From Raja brachyura (Eukaryota), in assembly GCA_963514005.1 (NCBI GenBank), contig OY740802.1:19654001-19718000 (forward strand): 64,000 bases of DNA, in the 5' to 3' direction. The notes under the pieces were generated by a model. The model worked only from the letters and a program-made list of their open reading frames with translations. It made no database searches and had not been told where the DNA came from. The translations under genes and the position numbers were made by a program. Each line of letters begins with the position of its first letter. Positions within the stretch are counted from its first letter, which is position 1. Positions 26,188 to 39,868 of this stretch are shown in pieces.

Positions 26188-27329
26188 GTTTTTTCACTTT
26201 GTTCCAGTTGTGTAATTTAAGAAACATTTGACGACTGAAATATTTAGCCTCAAAGAAGGCACTGTAAATTAAACACTGATAAATGGATCATCCATCACAG
26301 TTCGATCGCCAAGAAGGATTCTGCAGTTCTTTAGGTTTCTAATGGAATTTGAATGAGTGCCATTGTTCTTGGTTTAAATAACTCCAATCAGGCTTATGCC
26401 CTTACCATTGTAGACTAACAGCTCTAATCAATTGAGCTAAACATCCCTTAAATGATTATAAAATTGAATAGCACAGAAATGAGCCCCTTCGGCCTATTTC
26501 ATTTGTGTCGACAGTGATGACTAGCTATCTACTCCAATTTATCTGCATCAGCCACTTATCCTTCTACCCTTCAATGATCCAATGATAACCAGCAAGGCCC
26601 TGCAAAGGCTTCTGCGTCAGCCCCCTGAATGCCTCTAGTATCCCTCCAGAATCTATTCTTGTTCCCCTCTTATTTTTTTTTATCTTCGTGCTGCTCCATG
26701 GAAGCAACAACTGATATGGTCCCGATGAGACGTTAACTCTACTATCTTTCCATCAATGCTGCCTGACATGCTCAGTGTTTCTAACATTTTCATTTTTTAG
26801 TTTACATTTCCTGCAGTGTTTTTTTGTTTTCAAGTTAAACACGATGTCATTTTCCACATGTCCACTGATGATACTCATGCTTACTGCACTGCCACCTCTT
26901 TTAATCACACCACACTACATTATCATGGATGTGACGTAATTTTGCCCAACCAAACATTGGAAAGACTGTAGATACTGACTGATCTCAACACAAACTCTGC
27001 CTCTTGGCCTCTGAATTTTTCTCTTTCCCTGGCAAAAGTCTGAAAATTAACCAGACAGCTTGCAGCTTTGATATCAATGTCATAGAGCTGTCTACACAGA
27101 CAGGGCCACGTTGTGCCACCATGTTGACCATCATGTGCCCATCTCAACTAATCTCACTTGGTCTGTAGGTTTCTCAGCTTTATTGATTCAAGTACTTGCC
27201 CAGATACTGTTTAAATATTGTGAGAGAATCTGCCTCCATCACCCCTCAGGCAGTCCATTCCATTCTTATGTCCTTGGGATTTATATGTCTCTTTTATGGG
27301 GAAATCTTTCTCACCCTGTCTATGCCGCT

Positions 27330-27660
27330 TGGACACTTAAACCTGAGTTGAATTTGAGCCATCGTATCTCTGATGTGGGTGAGTCTGTTTATTTCTATCT
27401 GCTTAACATTGCCCAATTCAGCCCCCATCTCAGTTCATCTGCTGATGAAATCTTAATCCATACATTTATTCCCTCTGGCCATGAATGTTCCAATGCCTCT
27501 ACAGCTATCTCTTTTCTCTGCAAATTTGATGTCGCTCCAAATCGTCTATTCATGTCCTCACCTGCACTATCCTGGTGACTCATCTTCATGACCTGAAATG
27601 CTCCCAGTTAAATAACAACTTGATTTTAAAATTCTTAACTCTGTTTTCAAATCTCACCCG
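27330..27660 (+). mobile_element. L2 LINE ORF2 remnant
   Basis: FYLLNIAQFSPHLSSSADEILIHTFIPS.. resembles the L2 LRNIARIRPxLS..AExLIHAF motif. Confidence 0.7.
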
Positions 27661-28204
27661 ATAAAATGCTGCCAACGGACAAGTTAAACATTCAAATAAA
27701 AATGATAAATAACATATTTTAGAATTTCTTTCAATGTGCAAATTATGTAATCAAAGAGTCTATTGAAGGCTAAAATATTTAACTTCATGAAAGGCATTGC
27801 AAATTATATATTCATGAGGGGTTCTCACATTCTGATTCAGTTGCTCAGAACTGTGTCCCAGTTTTTGCATGAAATCTGAAACACTGACTATTGCTAAAGA
27901 AGTGCAGAAGGACTTGGGAGTGCTGGTATTGGTAGTAAGGAAAACAAATGCAATATTAGCATTCATTTCAAAACACAATATAAAAGCTTAGGCTACATAA
28001 GGCACTGGTCAAACCTCATTTGGAGTATTGCGGCAGATTTGGGCCCTATATTTGCAAATGTAGGGTTGGAATTAGATCAGCTCTGCCATGATCTTAAATG
28101 GTGGGGAAAGTTGAGGGGACAAGAGACTTCTCCAGCACCAAATTCAAATGTTTTTTTGTCCATATATAGTCTTCCTATTAACTACAAATTGCAAAGTAAC
28201 ATTC

Positions 28205-28302
28205 GTCTGAAGAAGGGTCTCGACCCGAAACGCCGCCTATTTCCTTTGCTCCATAGATGCTGCCTCACCCGCTGAGTTTCTCCAGCATTTCTGTCTACCT
28301 TC
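28205..28302 (+). mobile_element. Penelope/hammerhead-type unit
   Basis: CTGAAGAAGGGTCTCGACCCGAAACGCC followed by the conserved downstream block. Confidence 0.8.
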
Positions 28303-29089
28303 AATAGAACCCGATCATCCTATATTTGAAGTAAGGATGTAGGAGGTTAGTCATTGCATCAGGAATATTGTTGTGACAGTTATTATTGGTGGACCATTGG
28401 AATCAAATACATTTAACCCACAATGTCCATTGTCTGTTGTGGCAGCTGTTGTGGTTCTTTATCCTTGAAGTTACAGAGGCTTAAAGCTTTCAGATTCACT
28501 GTTATTGTGAGCTGCAAGGCTACAAGTGTTTAGTGCTGATTCAATTCAACCGTGCCCTTTGTGATAAAGTCAGTGGGATCCTATTCAGCTTGGATTATGA
28601 CTGGAAATCCCAAGATGTTCAAACGCACCTGTGACGATATAATAGGAAGTGAACCATAGCAGATTCATTTTCACTTTAATTTACCTCAGATCTAAAAGTA
28701 ATATTAATATGCTGGGAGCTTCCATTTCAGTGGCAATTTTATTTTGGCTTGCCTGTTTTCTTTTAAAATATTGATACTATATTAGAGATGCTTAAATTAA
28801 CTGTCAATTATAGACTCTTTGGTGCCTGATAGTGATTACTTGGAAGCTATTTCAATTTACATTATGCGGCCAATGTAGTACAGCATTTCTCAGGCTGCAT
28901 GACATGGAATTAATGTTTCATCAAAAACACAACATGTTTCATGTCTTCTCCTGCACATAGGTTATCTTGTCAGTTGTATTTAGCATCGTACCTGCTTGTT
29001 TGGGAGTTGTGCTGTTTTTAGCTCTATCTCTACCCCCCCACCTCTCCTCAAAGTAATAAGCAGAAAGAATAAGAAATAAAAAGAAAAAA

Positions 29090-29610
29090 CAAACATCATC
29101 AAAGACTCACAGCATCCTGGCCATGGTCTCATCTCGCTGCCACCATCGGGATAAAGTTAAAAGAGCCTGAGAACTTTGACTTTCAGGTTCAAGAATAGCT
29201 TCTTCCCAGCAACCATCAGGGTTTTGAACCAAACTGCACAACCTTAACCACAACTCTACCTCAGCAACTATTTACGGTGGGCTTTTTTTTGGTTACACTT
29301 TGGTTTTTGCACGATTATCGTCTAGTTACCTAGTATTACTGATCAGTAATTCATTGTATTATCGATAATTATACATTTTTTGTTGTGTTATTACATTCAT
29401 GAGCCTGAAAAAGCTGCAGCAGGTAGGATTTCATGAGGCAAGTGTATTTTATTATCATATGTCCCAGATATATGATCATATTGAATGGCTGAATGGCCTA
29501 CTCCTGCATCTATTTTCTATGTTTCTGTATCTATAGAACAATGAAATTCTTACTTGGATTTCAGTGGATTTCCACTGTTCCCAATACATGTGACAATGTG
29601 CCAATTAAAC
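29090..29610 (+). mobile_element. Rex1/Babar-like LINE 3' remnant
   Basis: IIKDSQHPGHGL..LPSG..RFKNSFFPATIR coding remnant. Confidence 0.65.
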
Positions 29611-30109
29611 ACACTTAACTCATCTTTTGAGAATAGTCATACGGATAAATAATTGGAGCACCTTAACACTGTGTTTATCTTCAATAAGAGGCATTTGTCA
29701 ATAATCAGATTACACTCCAGAAAATTATTACAGGTCAACAAGTGTCAGGATAATGGCAACCATTACTACTTTTAAAATATAATCATCAGAGATGATGCTA
29801 AATAAATGAATAATTTTTGCCTGTTGAATTTCATTTGGTTGCCTCCAATTAAATACTGGGAAGAGTAAAATTGAGTTTGAAAGACCATTGCAAACTTGGT
29901 GTCTTTCATAATCCATTAATAATCTCAAGAGTCAAAGAGTGTTTTATTGTCATGTGTCTAAAACGCAACAATTAATTTCTTACTTGCATCAGTACTCCTG
30001 ACAACATATTCACCTCATCACCAAAATTGGTGACTTGTGTATCTATAACATCACTCATTTTGTATTTGTGCACCAGGAACACCCATACCACCATTGATCT
30101 TTCTGGATT

Positions 30110-30212
30110 TCTGAAGAAGGGTCCCAACACGAAAAGTCACCTATCCATTTTCTCCAGAGATGCTGCCTGACCCGCTAAGTTACTCCAGCATTTTGTATCT
30201 ATCTCTGGTATA
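30110..30212 (+). mobile_element. Penelope/hammerhead-type unit (degenerate)
   Basis: CTGAAGAAGGGTCCCAACACGAAAAGTCACC plus the downstream block. Confidence 0.75.
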
Positions 30213-31069
30213 AAACCATTTGATTCTTCAAGACTTTATTATTATAGTGCTAACCTAGCCACCTTGTTATGTTTTTCAACTGCTAGAAATTTCAACGCAT
30301 CATTTTAAGTCCCATACCCTAATTCACATGGTCCTATTCACCCATCAACTCTGTACTTTCTAATCTACAGAAACAATGAGTTTAAAAATCATATGTTGGT
30401 TTTCCAATCCTCTATAGCTTCATCAATTTCATCTCTGTAAGTGCTTCCAGCCCTACAACCTTCCAAAACTTTGCACCCTTCCAATTCTAGTCTATTTTGT
30501 AACCCCATTTATAATCATTCCATCATTGGAAGCCTATTAACACTTGTCTTGGGCCTGAGCTTTGTAATTTCCTGCAGGAACTCTCCATTACTCCGTCTCC
30601 ATCATTCTTCAAGACACTTCTAGAAACACACCACAGATTTAGTTTGGTAATGCTCCAATGAAGTTACTTGGGACATGTTACTATGTTAAAGGTATAAATG
30701 CAATTGCTTTTGCCAACATGTATATATTTCTAATTTTTACATACGCACTCTTCTTTGCTTTCTCATAACTTCATTTGTTGTCACTGACATGGCTTCATTT
30801 TGCTTCTGTAACAATCCTTTTTATCAATGATCTGGCAGTGATACTTCCTTTTGAATGTTAAGAAATTGTTAAATATTCTCTGTGCAATCATACATAACAG
30901 GCATTTAATCTAGGTTAGATCATTTTTGGTGAAACAGCCCCATTGGAGTTTGGACCAAGCCTTTCCATGTGCAATTCACTTTGGTGCGACTGACTTTATC
31001 CTGATATTAGTTGTGCAACTGATATTGCTATTAATTACATACAATTTATTTCCTCTTCTCTGGGCTTAA

Positions 31070-31645
31070 GTCATAGTCATATTGTCATACAGTGTGGAAA
31101 CAGGCCCTTTGGCCCAACTTTCCCACACCGACAAACATGTTCCATCTACAATAGTCCCACTTTCCTGCGATTGGCCCATATCCCTCTAAACTGTCCGTTC
31201 CATGTACCTGTCTAATTTTTTTGTAGTTTAGCTTAGAGATACAGCATGTGAACAGGCCCTACGCCCACCGAGTCCACACGACCAGCGATCCCCGCACCTT
31301 AACACTATCCTACATACAAAAGGGACAATTTACACTTATACCAAATATGCACTCCAAGCCAATTAACCTACAAACCTGTAGGTCTTTGGAGTGTGGGAGG
31401 AAACCAAAGATCTTAGAGAAATCTTCTCCTACATGGCCATGGGGAGAATGTACAAACTCTGTACAGACAGCACCCATAGTCGGGATCAAACCGGGCCTCT
31501 GGCGCTGTAAGCATTGTAAAGGCAGCAACTCTACCACTGTGCCACAGTGCCACCCTAATTGCTTCTCAAATGCTGCGATAATCCCTGCCTCAACTACCTC
31601 CTCTGGCATCTCGTTCCATGCACCCACCACCCTTTGTGTGAAATG
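31070..31645 (-). mobile_element. CR1 3' end split by an HE1-like V-SINE (~31223-31556)
   Basis: Minus ORF VGAWNEMPEEVVEAG runs into the SINE head GGGTGGCACTGTGGCACAGTGG; the CR1 tail resumes at ~31220-31070. Confidence 0.82.
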
Positions 31646-32692
31646 CTTTAAGTGTTTTTACCACGCCTATTAACAGAGATACCTGTTCCATAACATTATT
31701 AACATGACTGGGTAAATTTGACTACAAAAGACACTTTTATGGCAATGGTTGTACAGAACGTGTAGGGAACTGTGGGGCAGGAGACATAGTCCTACTCTTC
31801 AGACACTTTACATAATACCTGGATTTCTCAGATACAGATGCACTATAACCTAGTACAGTGGATTCTAGATTAGTCCAATTTATAGTTTTCTCTTAGGATT
31901 AGGTGCTTAGGCCATTGTTATATGCATTATGTAATGACCAAATTTATGACATCTGATTTTTGAACAAGAAGATAATTTGCTGGTTACTGAGTAAGGATAA
32001 ATATGCAAATGCTGCTGGCAAATGATGAAGTAAAGATTACAGGGTGCTCATGAATAATTCATTCACATGAAACCTGGCCAGAGGAGAACTGTCGGCTTTG
32101 AATAGCTCTTCCTTTTTATCCTCCTCTATTTACATGCATTTCCTTCTCTGTCACTTTCTGCATCCCTTTTGTGTTTCTATATTGTGACCTCTCCTTGAAT
32201 GTTTGGTGGTAGGTTTAATTTAGTTTAGTTTAGTTTAGAGATATAGCTCGGATACAGGCCCTTTGGCCCACTGCGTCCGTGCAGACCAACGGTCCCCGCA
32301 CACTAACACTATCCTACATTGTTGTAACTACAATGACATTCCTTTCTAGCAGTGAAGTTATGGAGCATGTAACACATTGATGCATTCATCTCTGTATTGC
32401 AGGGGTTCTTCAAAGCAAGCCAGGCAGCAGGAGTGGTTACATCCGGATGGTGATGATGGTCTGTAACATTCTGTAAGGCAGCAAAGCTCCCAATATAGGG
32501 TGTACATCTTCCAGAGTGGAGCAGTCTGTTCATCATGTGGCTGCTCTTTGATTTTTGATACTCGAATAGAAATGGCATTGACTACTGAAGAATGAAGTAA
32601 TGATGGCAACTGACCATTTGGCTTCATGATATGCTGCTGTCTGTGGGTGCACACCAGCTGCTCACTAAACAGTATAATCTATTTCATTTCAG

Positions 32693-32737
32693 AATATAAC
32701 AATGGCAAAGATTACCAGGCTCAGACCAAACAATGGT
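32693..32737 (+). other. Candidate 45-nt exon of an unknown host transcript
   Basis: Branch-like CACTAAAC, acceptor TTTCATTTCAG, donor GTGAGT, length 3n, two open frames. Confidence 0.3.
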
Positions 32738-34064
32738 GTGAGTCATTTGTACCTGCACTAGAAGAAAGCCTGCATTTTAAGCAAGCCCTTGAGCTTCCTC
32801 TTGTTTCTGATGTGATACAATGCTACTACACTGTTTATTGAGAATGTCACCCATGGTCATTCTGATACACTGTTCTAAAAACCTGTTGAATCCACCAGCA
32901 AAATGGAAAAAGTCAGATGTATAAATTCTCAGTGCCAGATTCAACTTGACAGTCACAGGTACTGACAACTATGCATTACTTTGAAGTTATCAGAAAGCAA
33001 AAACTTGCAGATTATGTAAATCTGATATAAAAACAAAAAAATGTTGAAATATTCTGCAGTCAGGCAGCATCTCACAGAAGTGTAGAGGCATTTAGCATGG
33101 AAACAGGCCCTTTGGCCCATTAGAACAAGGCCAGCCATCAGGCTCCCATGTTGCAGGAACATCATTTTATATCATGGCACTCAAAAGAAATCCATGGAGA
33201 CTGTGCAAACTCCGCACAGACAGCATCTTCATCACAACTCATCCATGCCGGCCAAATCCATCTAGGCTCGTCTGATCTGCATGCTTTAGGCCCATATCCC
33301 TCTAAATCTATTTTCCTTTCCAATCATGAAGCTGTCCAAATGATTTTTGAATGGTTAAATGAAACAGGGCCTTTAGCCCATTCATGCTGACCATTGTTCA
33401 ACTGTTCACACTAGTTCAATGTAATCACACTTTCTTATCCACTCCCTGCACATTAAGGATAATTTTACAGAGGCCAATTAACCTATGAACCCGTACGTCC
33501 TTGGGATGTGGGAGGAAACTCATGCAGTCATAGGCGAGAATGTGTAAACACCACACATTCAGCTACCATGGTCAGGTCACCATGTGAGGCAGCAGCTTTA
33601 CCAGGTGCATCACTGATGTAAGACTGCACTACAATCTTGCTTCATTCTGCTGTTTTGCACTCGTTGTTGTATTTATTGTTGTATCTATCATTATATTGTT
33701 TATTCTGTGAGCTTCATGTGAACAAGTAACTTCATTTCATGCTTGTGTATTCTGCACATAAATCTGAATCCAAACTCAAATCTCTGGACTTGCAAGGCAG
33801 TGGCTCCACTAGATGTGCCACTGCGCTGCCTCTAAGTTGGATGAAAGATTTAATGAAAGACTATCAACCTGAAACATTCATTCTGTTTCTCTCTCCATGT
33901 GTGCTGAGTATTTCCAGCAGATCAGGCGGCTGGACATATAACTAATATAAATAATAAACCTTTCATTCTTATTTTATCATTGAATTTACGTGAGTGGCTA
34001 GGGCAGTCGATAGATTCTAATCATACTCCGTTCAGTGAACCAAAGCTCAAACTTTGACAAGTGC

Positions 34065-34262
34065 CCTGTCAACCTGCCAGGGGAGGCAGTTAAGGCTGGG
34101 ACTATCCCAACGTTTAAGGAACAGTTAGACAGGTACATGGATACGACAAGTTTGGACCAAGCGCAGGGAAGTGGGACTAGTGAAGCGGGGACATTGTTGG
34201 TCGGTGTGGGCAAGTTGGGCCGAAGGGCCTGTTTCCACATTGTATCACTCTATGACTCTCTG
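34065..34262 (+). mobile_element. CR1 3' end
   Basis: LPGEAVKAGTIPTFKEQLDRYM; CTATGACT tail. Confidence 0.8.
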
Positions 34263-35639
34263 ACTTTGGTTTAGTGGGAATCACGCAGGTTTAGTGAGAA
34301 TCTCCTTTCCTTCGCCTCTTTCAGCCTGCTCTGTGTGTCCTCTCCTCATTATCCCACAGAAACAGCCTGGACTGGCTGCTCACATGCTGAAGCATTCTTC
34401 AGCACAAGCTATAAATTAATAACACTCAGCAACAACAAGACCATTCAAACTTCAACCAAGTATAAGAACATTGCAAGAACACATGCAATGTGACCGGCAG
34501 CCAAAAAAAAAAAATCCAGCAATTAACTTTTAAGTGGTTCATGATCTCTTTAAATGGTGCCCTTCATTTCTTTTTTATGGTGCATTCAACTGTGCAAGTT
34601 TAATAAATGTGCTGTCTGCAGTGTTGAGTTCTAACATACCAACATTGCCTTCATATGTATTCCACGCCTAATATATTTACATACTATTATTTTCTCCCTA
34701 TATCATTCTGTCTGGTTTGTCCTTATCAGTCTTGTCTTAAACTATTTCTTCATTCACAAAATGCTGGGGGGCAAAGACGACTGATGTCTGAAGTGGTAAC
34801 GTTAATTAGCACAAGAACAACAGAAAACAGGAGGAAGCATGCCCCTCAATATGACCATGACTGGTCAACCCCTGGTCTCACTGAAGTTATAATCTGCCTG
34901 GGCAGCATGGTGATGTATGTCTTCACTCCTTGAACAAGTGGTTGTTTTGTGTACTTTTCACTGAAAGTGTGCTTGTGCCCCCTTAACCCATTTTAAAAAA
35001 GTATAGGCAAAAAATGTGGCAAATAATTCATAGCAATACTTTTTTTAATCGGCATTAAAAGAAAAAAGAAAACAGAAATACTTTCTCCATTGGAGAGTAG
35101 CTTTACATTTGGAGAAGAAACAAATGTTATAATAAATTATGGAAGGCGTTATGTCAGCCCAGGTACTGAGTACTCCAATAACAATTAGTGTCATTTGAAA
35201 ACATAAAATAAGATTAATTATTTACAAGCTTTACACTGATCTGTTCTTGGGTCTGAGAAACATACTGTAAAGCTTGTGCTATTGTAATGAATAGGGTGAG
35301 TCTTCGGGGCATTTTGGAATTGTCAGGAAACATTAACAGCAAATACAAGCACCGATGTTTAAAAGAGAGTGAATTGGTATTTGCGTAAACACCACTCAAT
35401 GTTGTACAGGCACAATACTTCCACAAGAACACGCAAACAATGCTCCAAATCCTTCATGCTGATTAATTCACAGTCTATTGTGACTAATTAACATAGCTTG
35501 GGCTGACCTACACGAACTAAGCAATACTTTTGTTTCAGTAAACTTTAAATAAAGAATAGTTAAGGATACAGCAAGGTGTCTTGTGATGCAATGCAGTGAA
35601 CATGAAATGGTATTAGTTGCCTCTGTTTAACTTCATAAC

Positions 35640-35940
35640 TTCATAACTGATAGCAGAATGAGGCCATTTGCCCCATCAAGACTTCTCCACCATTCAAACA
35701 TGATTGATCTATCTTTCCCTCTCAACCCCATTCTACTGCTTTCTCCCCATAACCTCTGACACCTGTACTAATCAAGAATCTATCAATTTCTGCCTTAAAA
35801 ATATTTATTGACGACCTGCACATCCTTCTGTGGCAATGAATCCCAGATTCACCAACCTCAGACTAAAGAGATTCCTCCTTATATGCTTCCTAAAGATACA
35901 TCCTTTTATTCTGAGGCTATGGCATCAGATCCAAGACTCT
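35640..35940 (-). mobile_element. CR1 3' end
   Basis: Reverse complement of the CR1 3'UTR seen at 42530-42820. Confidence 0.8.
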
Positions 35941-36544
35941 TTTGTGCGTTTTGTCTCAGGATTTTTGTTTCAATGTCATTTCCTTACATTCATTGAATTT
36001 CTCTCTTGGTTATTTTAGATATATTGCTTTCTGTTTTACTTCCTTCTTTGTGTGTCTTTCTGCTTGTCTATTTCATTATTCATCTGCATTTTATTTTTCT
36101 CTCCATTCATCTGATTTTCATGCCTGATGTATTTACATACCATTCTCTACACTGTCTATAATTACTTCTGGTTTGTCTACATTAATCTTGTTTTGCTCTA
36201 TTTCTTTCAGTCCATAGAAATGCTTTGGGGAGAAGAAGATTGATGTCTGAAGAGGAAAAGTTGGTTAGCATAAGAATTCAGAAAATAGAAGCAAGCTTGC
36301 CGCTCCATTCAACAGGATCATGGCTGGTCTGCCCCAGGCCTCATCTCCTCTTCTGTACTAGTTCCCCGTAGATCTCAATTCCCTGAAACAAAACAAAAAT
36401 AAAATCCACATTCTTTTGAAATACTTCTAAAAATCTAGAAGTCACTATCTTTTGAGATAGAACATTTTAGAGATTTACCATTCTGCAAGAAGAAATTCGC
36501 ATGGACCTCAGTTTTAAATGACTGGTCAATTATTATGTAACTAA

Positions 36545-36905
36545 ACTAACGAATCAACTCACCCTCCCATTCCGAATCCGACCTTTCTGACCTGGGCCTC
36601 CTCCATGGCCAGAGTGAGCACCACCGGAAATTGGAGGAGCAGCACCTCATATTCCGCTTGGGCAGTTTGCACCCTTGTGGCATAAACATTGACTTCTCCA
36701 ATTTCCGGTAGCCCATGTTGTCCCCTCCCCTTCTCAGCTGTCACTCAGCCCACTGGCTCCTCCTCTTCCTTTCTCCTTTCTTCTCCCCCCCCCCACCCCA
36801 CCCTACATCAGTGTGAAGAAGGGATTTGGCCCGAAACGTTGCCTATTTCCTTTGTTCCATAGATGCTGCTGCACCCGTTGCGTTTCTCTCGCACTTTTGT
36901 CTACC
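36545..36905 (+). mobile_element. 5'-truncated Penelope-like element with terminal hammerhead-like motif
   Basis: Encodes SHSESDLSDLGLLHGQSEHHRKLEEQHLIFRLGSLHPCGINIDFSNFR; 14-bp TSD TATTATGTAACTAA at 36531-36544 and 36906-36919. Confidence 0.88.
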
Positions 36906-37498
36906 TATTATGTAACTAAGTTTTCATGTTTGAGACTCTTGCACTAGTTGAAACATCACAACATCTACCATGCCATGCCCCCTTAGAATGTTTCAATATG
37001 ATCGTTAACTTCCAAAGAATATAGGTAACTAGGAACAATTGGCAAAATTAAGACATTCAGGTACATTGCAATCTGGATCATTTTTGCAGGGAAGGCCATG
37101 GTAAAGGACAGATGCATTTCAATATACCACAGTTATTCTTTCTTGCTCAGGAAAAGAACAGCAAAACACAGTCTTTGGCAGTGTTTGGTAAAGCTGTGGG
37201 TATTCCTCAAAAATAACATAGGTTGACAAAACACGCAGAGTTCATCAGGGATAATCTCTCACATTGCTGCAGCATAAAACTCAATTTATGGCTGACCTGA
37301 AGAGGACATTTCTCACTGTCAGTGCTATGCATTGCATTATTCTTAAGCCATCTCCATTTCCTTCCATCCAATATTCAAATAGTTAAATTATGACAAACTC
37401 TGGCATTTATTTGAAAGCAATTGTAATTGTTACCCTGGGTGCACAAAATGCTGGAGAAACTCAGCGGGTGCAGCAGCATCCATGGAGCGAAGGAGATG

Positions 37499-38533
37499 TA
37501 GCAATGTTACAAAATTTTGAGATTAAAAAAAATAAATCAAGTCTGCAATTTATCCCATCAGATAAAGCATAAAAAGAAGTTTAATTTGACACCTAATTCA
37601 CTTTGATATCTTCAGTATTAAGAAAGTTATGACCATTTTCATACTCGGAAATTAGCATCTTGTTCCCCATTGCCTTTCAATTGATTTAACTCAAAAGCTG
37701 TGATCTAGAACAGTTAAAAGCCCATAACTTTCTTAACAATTAAGAGAACTCAATGAAACTTTCAGTTATTATAGATTGAAGCATTCTGAAATAAATATGA
37801 AACAAACTTACTTGGATGACCTGAAATTAAAGCATATAATTAGTTAGTTATCTAATCGTAGCTAATTACAAAATTCAATGAGTAGATCTAAACATCTATC
37901 CATTTCTTAAGAAAAAATAAACTTTTTTTAAATTGCCTAAGTGTCCAAATAACATTCACACAATAATCCACAATATAACATAATTTTTAAATCTCATTTT
38001 CATGAATTTCTAGGCCAAATGGAAGGAATTTAGTGTTAATGCCTGTAAATTAATGGCCATTTAAATCAACTAGCGAGTGGGTTTTAGTGGAATGCGGTGG
38101 ATTGGAACGTTGCGTTTGCGGTGAAGTCGGGAGAACAAATACTGTTGGTTCATACATTTTTTTGGACCCCATTTCGCAACATGAAAATGTGATTAAAGCC
38201 TCCCTACAAACCAACTTTTAATATAAAAAGAAACTGTACCTTTTTTTCTCCCCTATGCAAAATCCTTCCCGTTGTCGGCGCTCACGGCTTTTGAAGGTGA
38301 TTTTTAAATTACTCTAGTTAATAAATAATCTAGCATAATTTAAAAATACCTTCATGAATGAAATGTCGGAGCGATTTTTCTTCCGCAACGAAATCGCCCG
38401 ACATGGATCGATTTTCCCAGTCTGCAGAAAAAAGGCACTTTAAGCTCACCACCCTCTGAAAGGCGCCAAAGTCACGCACATGGGGAGCGGCAGAACTGCA
38501 GCGCTGCTCAAGGTAAGTTTTGTAACATACCTA
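37499..38533. mobile_element. Non-autonomous DNA transposon (hAT-like termini, 7-bp TSD) inserted in a minus-strand Penelope/hammerhead unit (37440-38575)
   Basis: TIR TAGCAATGTTACAAAA / TTTTGTAACATACCTA (14/16); TSD GGAGATG at 37492-37498 and 38534-38540. Confidence 0.85.
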
Positions 38534-39775
38534 GGAGATGAGCAACGTTTCGGGCTGAAACCCTTCTTCAGACAGTTGTTACCCTGCCCTATTCAAATGC
38601 ATTATTCAGCTAATTTTATAATTTTAGAAATAGTTTGCTCACACGTATAAATGTGATTTTCACAGTTTATTGATCTAATGAGGTTAAAGCTTTATATGAG
38701 TTGTGAGATTTAGGTCTGCATCAGACAAGAGCAGATTAAATCCTTGGTCCCCATCATGTGACTTGTCTTAAACTGATTCGAAAAACAGATCCAATTTTCT
38801 CCTTCATCTCAGGAAACTATTTTTTCTTATTGCTGTTTATTTTAACTGCATTTATTCACAACACATTTTTTTTCTATTCTATTAAACTGTTAAATATATG
38901 AGCTCTGGAATTGTACTTCAGACTTTGCTTGTAAACCCAGCCGATGGAATAATAATCTTTTGCTAATCCCCATGGAATTGATGGGGATTAATAGTATCTA
39001 AACCGATTAATGAAAGAGCATTAGAACCAAGGAAGAAATAGCCTTGTCAGATCATGTGTTAGAGAGGACAGAAAATCAAATTATATCATTAACATAAAAG
39101 ATTCAAAATGGAAAGTGTCGGTGATGTGATTTATTAGTCAGTACCATTGTTACCATTTTTGGAGGAATCTGTCATTTGATCTTTGAAAGCATAATAAGAT
39201 GGAAAAATGGTTTTAAAAATTAGAAATGAAATGAGCTTTAAATTGATTAGATCCTTTATGTTGCATGCATTACGAAAGATGACTCATATATTACCGCTGG
39301 CGTAATTGAACTGGGTTTTAAATGGGAATCGTTCAATATTGACACACAGAGTACACTGCCATTGAGGAACATTTTGGAACAAAAATAAATCATAGACTTT
39401 AACACTGATTATGAAGAGATGGTAAAAACAGTCACAACAGGTAAAGAAGCCTTGATATTTGAATGCTCACAAGCAGGAACATTAAACTGAAGTTGTGGTT
39501 AACTCATGCTTATTCATAGTGGTGCAGTTCCGAATGTGAAATTTGGTTGCCATCCCTATTGCAAATGTTTAGTTTTGTTAGAGTGCCAAACACTGCTTTA
39601 AATGCCCTACTGCGCAAATTCTGACAGTATCAACTGTGATTCAGTGCCAAGTAACCTTTGTGCTCCAGTCCTTAAGCAGATTTTCCCCTAAGCCACAACA
39701 CTGCTGAAAGTACTATCTCACTTTGTTGTATCGGATGACTGAATGTTGCAAAGAAGGGATCGAGGCTCCATTTCT

Positions 39776-39868
39776 CTCAAGAAGGAATCTCAACCCGAAA
39801 CGTTGCCCATTCCTTCTCTCCATAGATGCTGTCTCACCTGCTCAGTTGCTCCAGCATTTTGTGTCTAC
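39776..39868 (+). mobile_element. Penelope/hammerhead-type unit
   Basis: 10-bp TSD CTCCATTTCT at 39766-39775 and 39869-39878. Confidence 0.78.
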
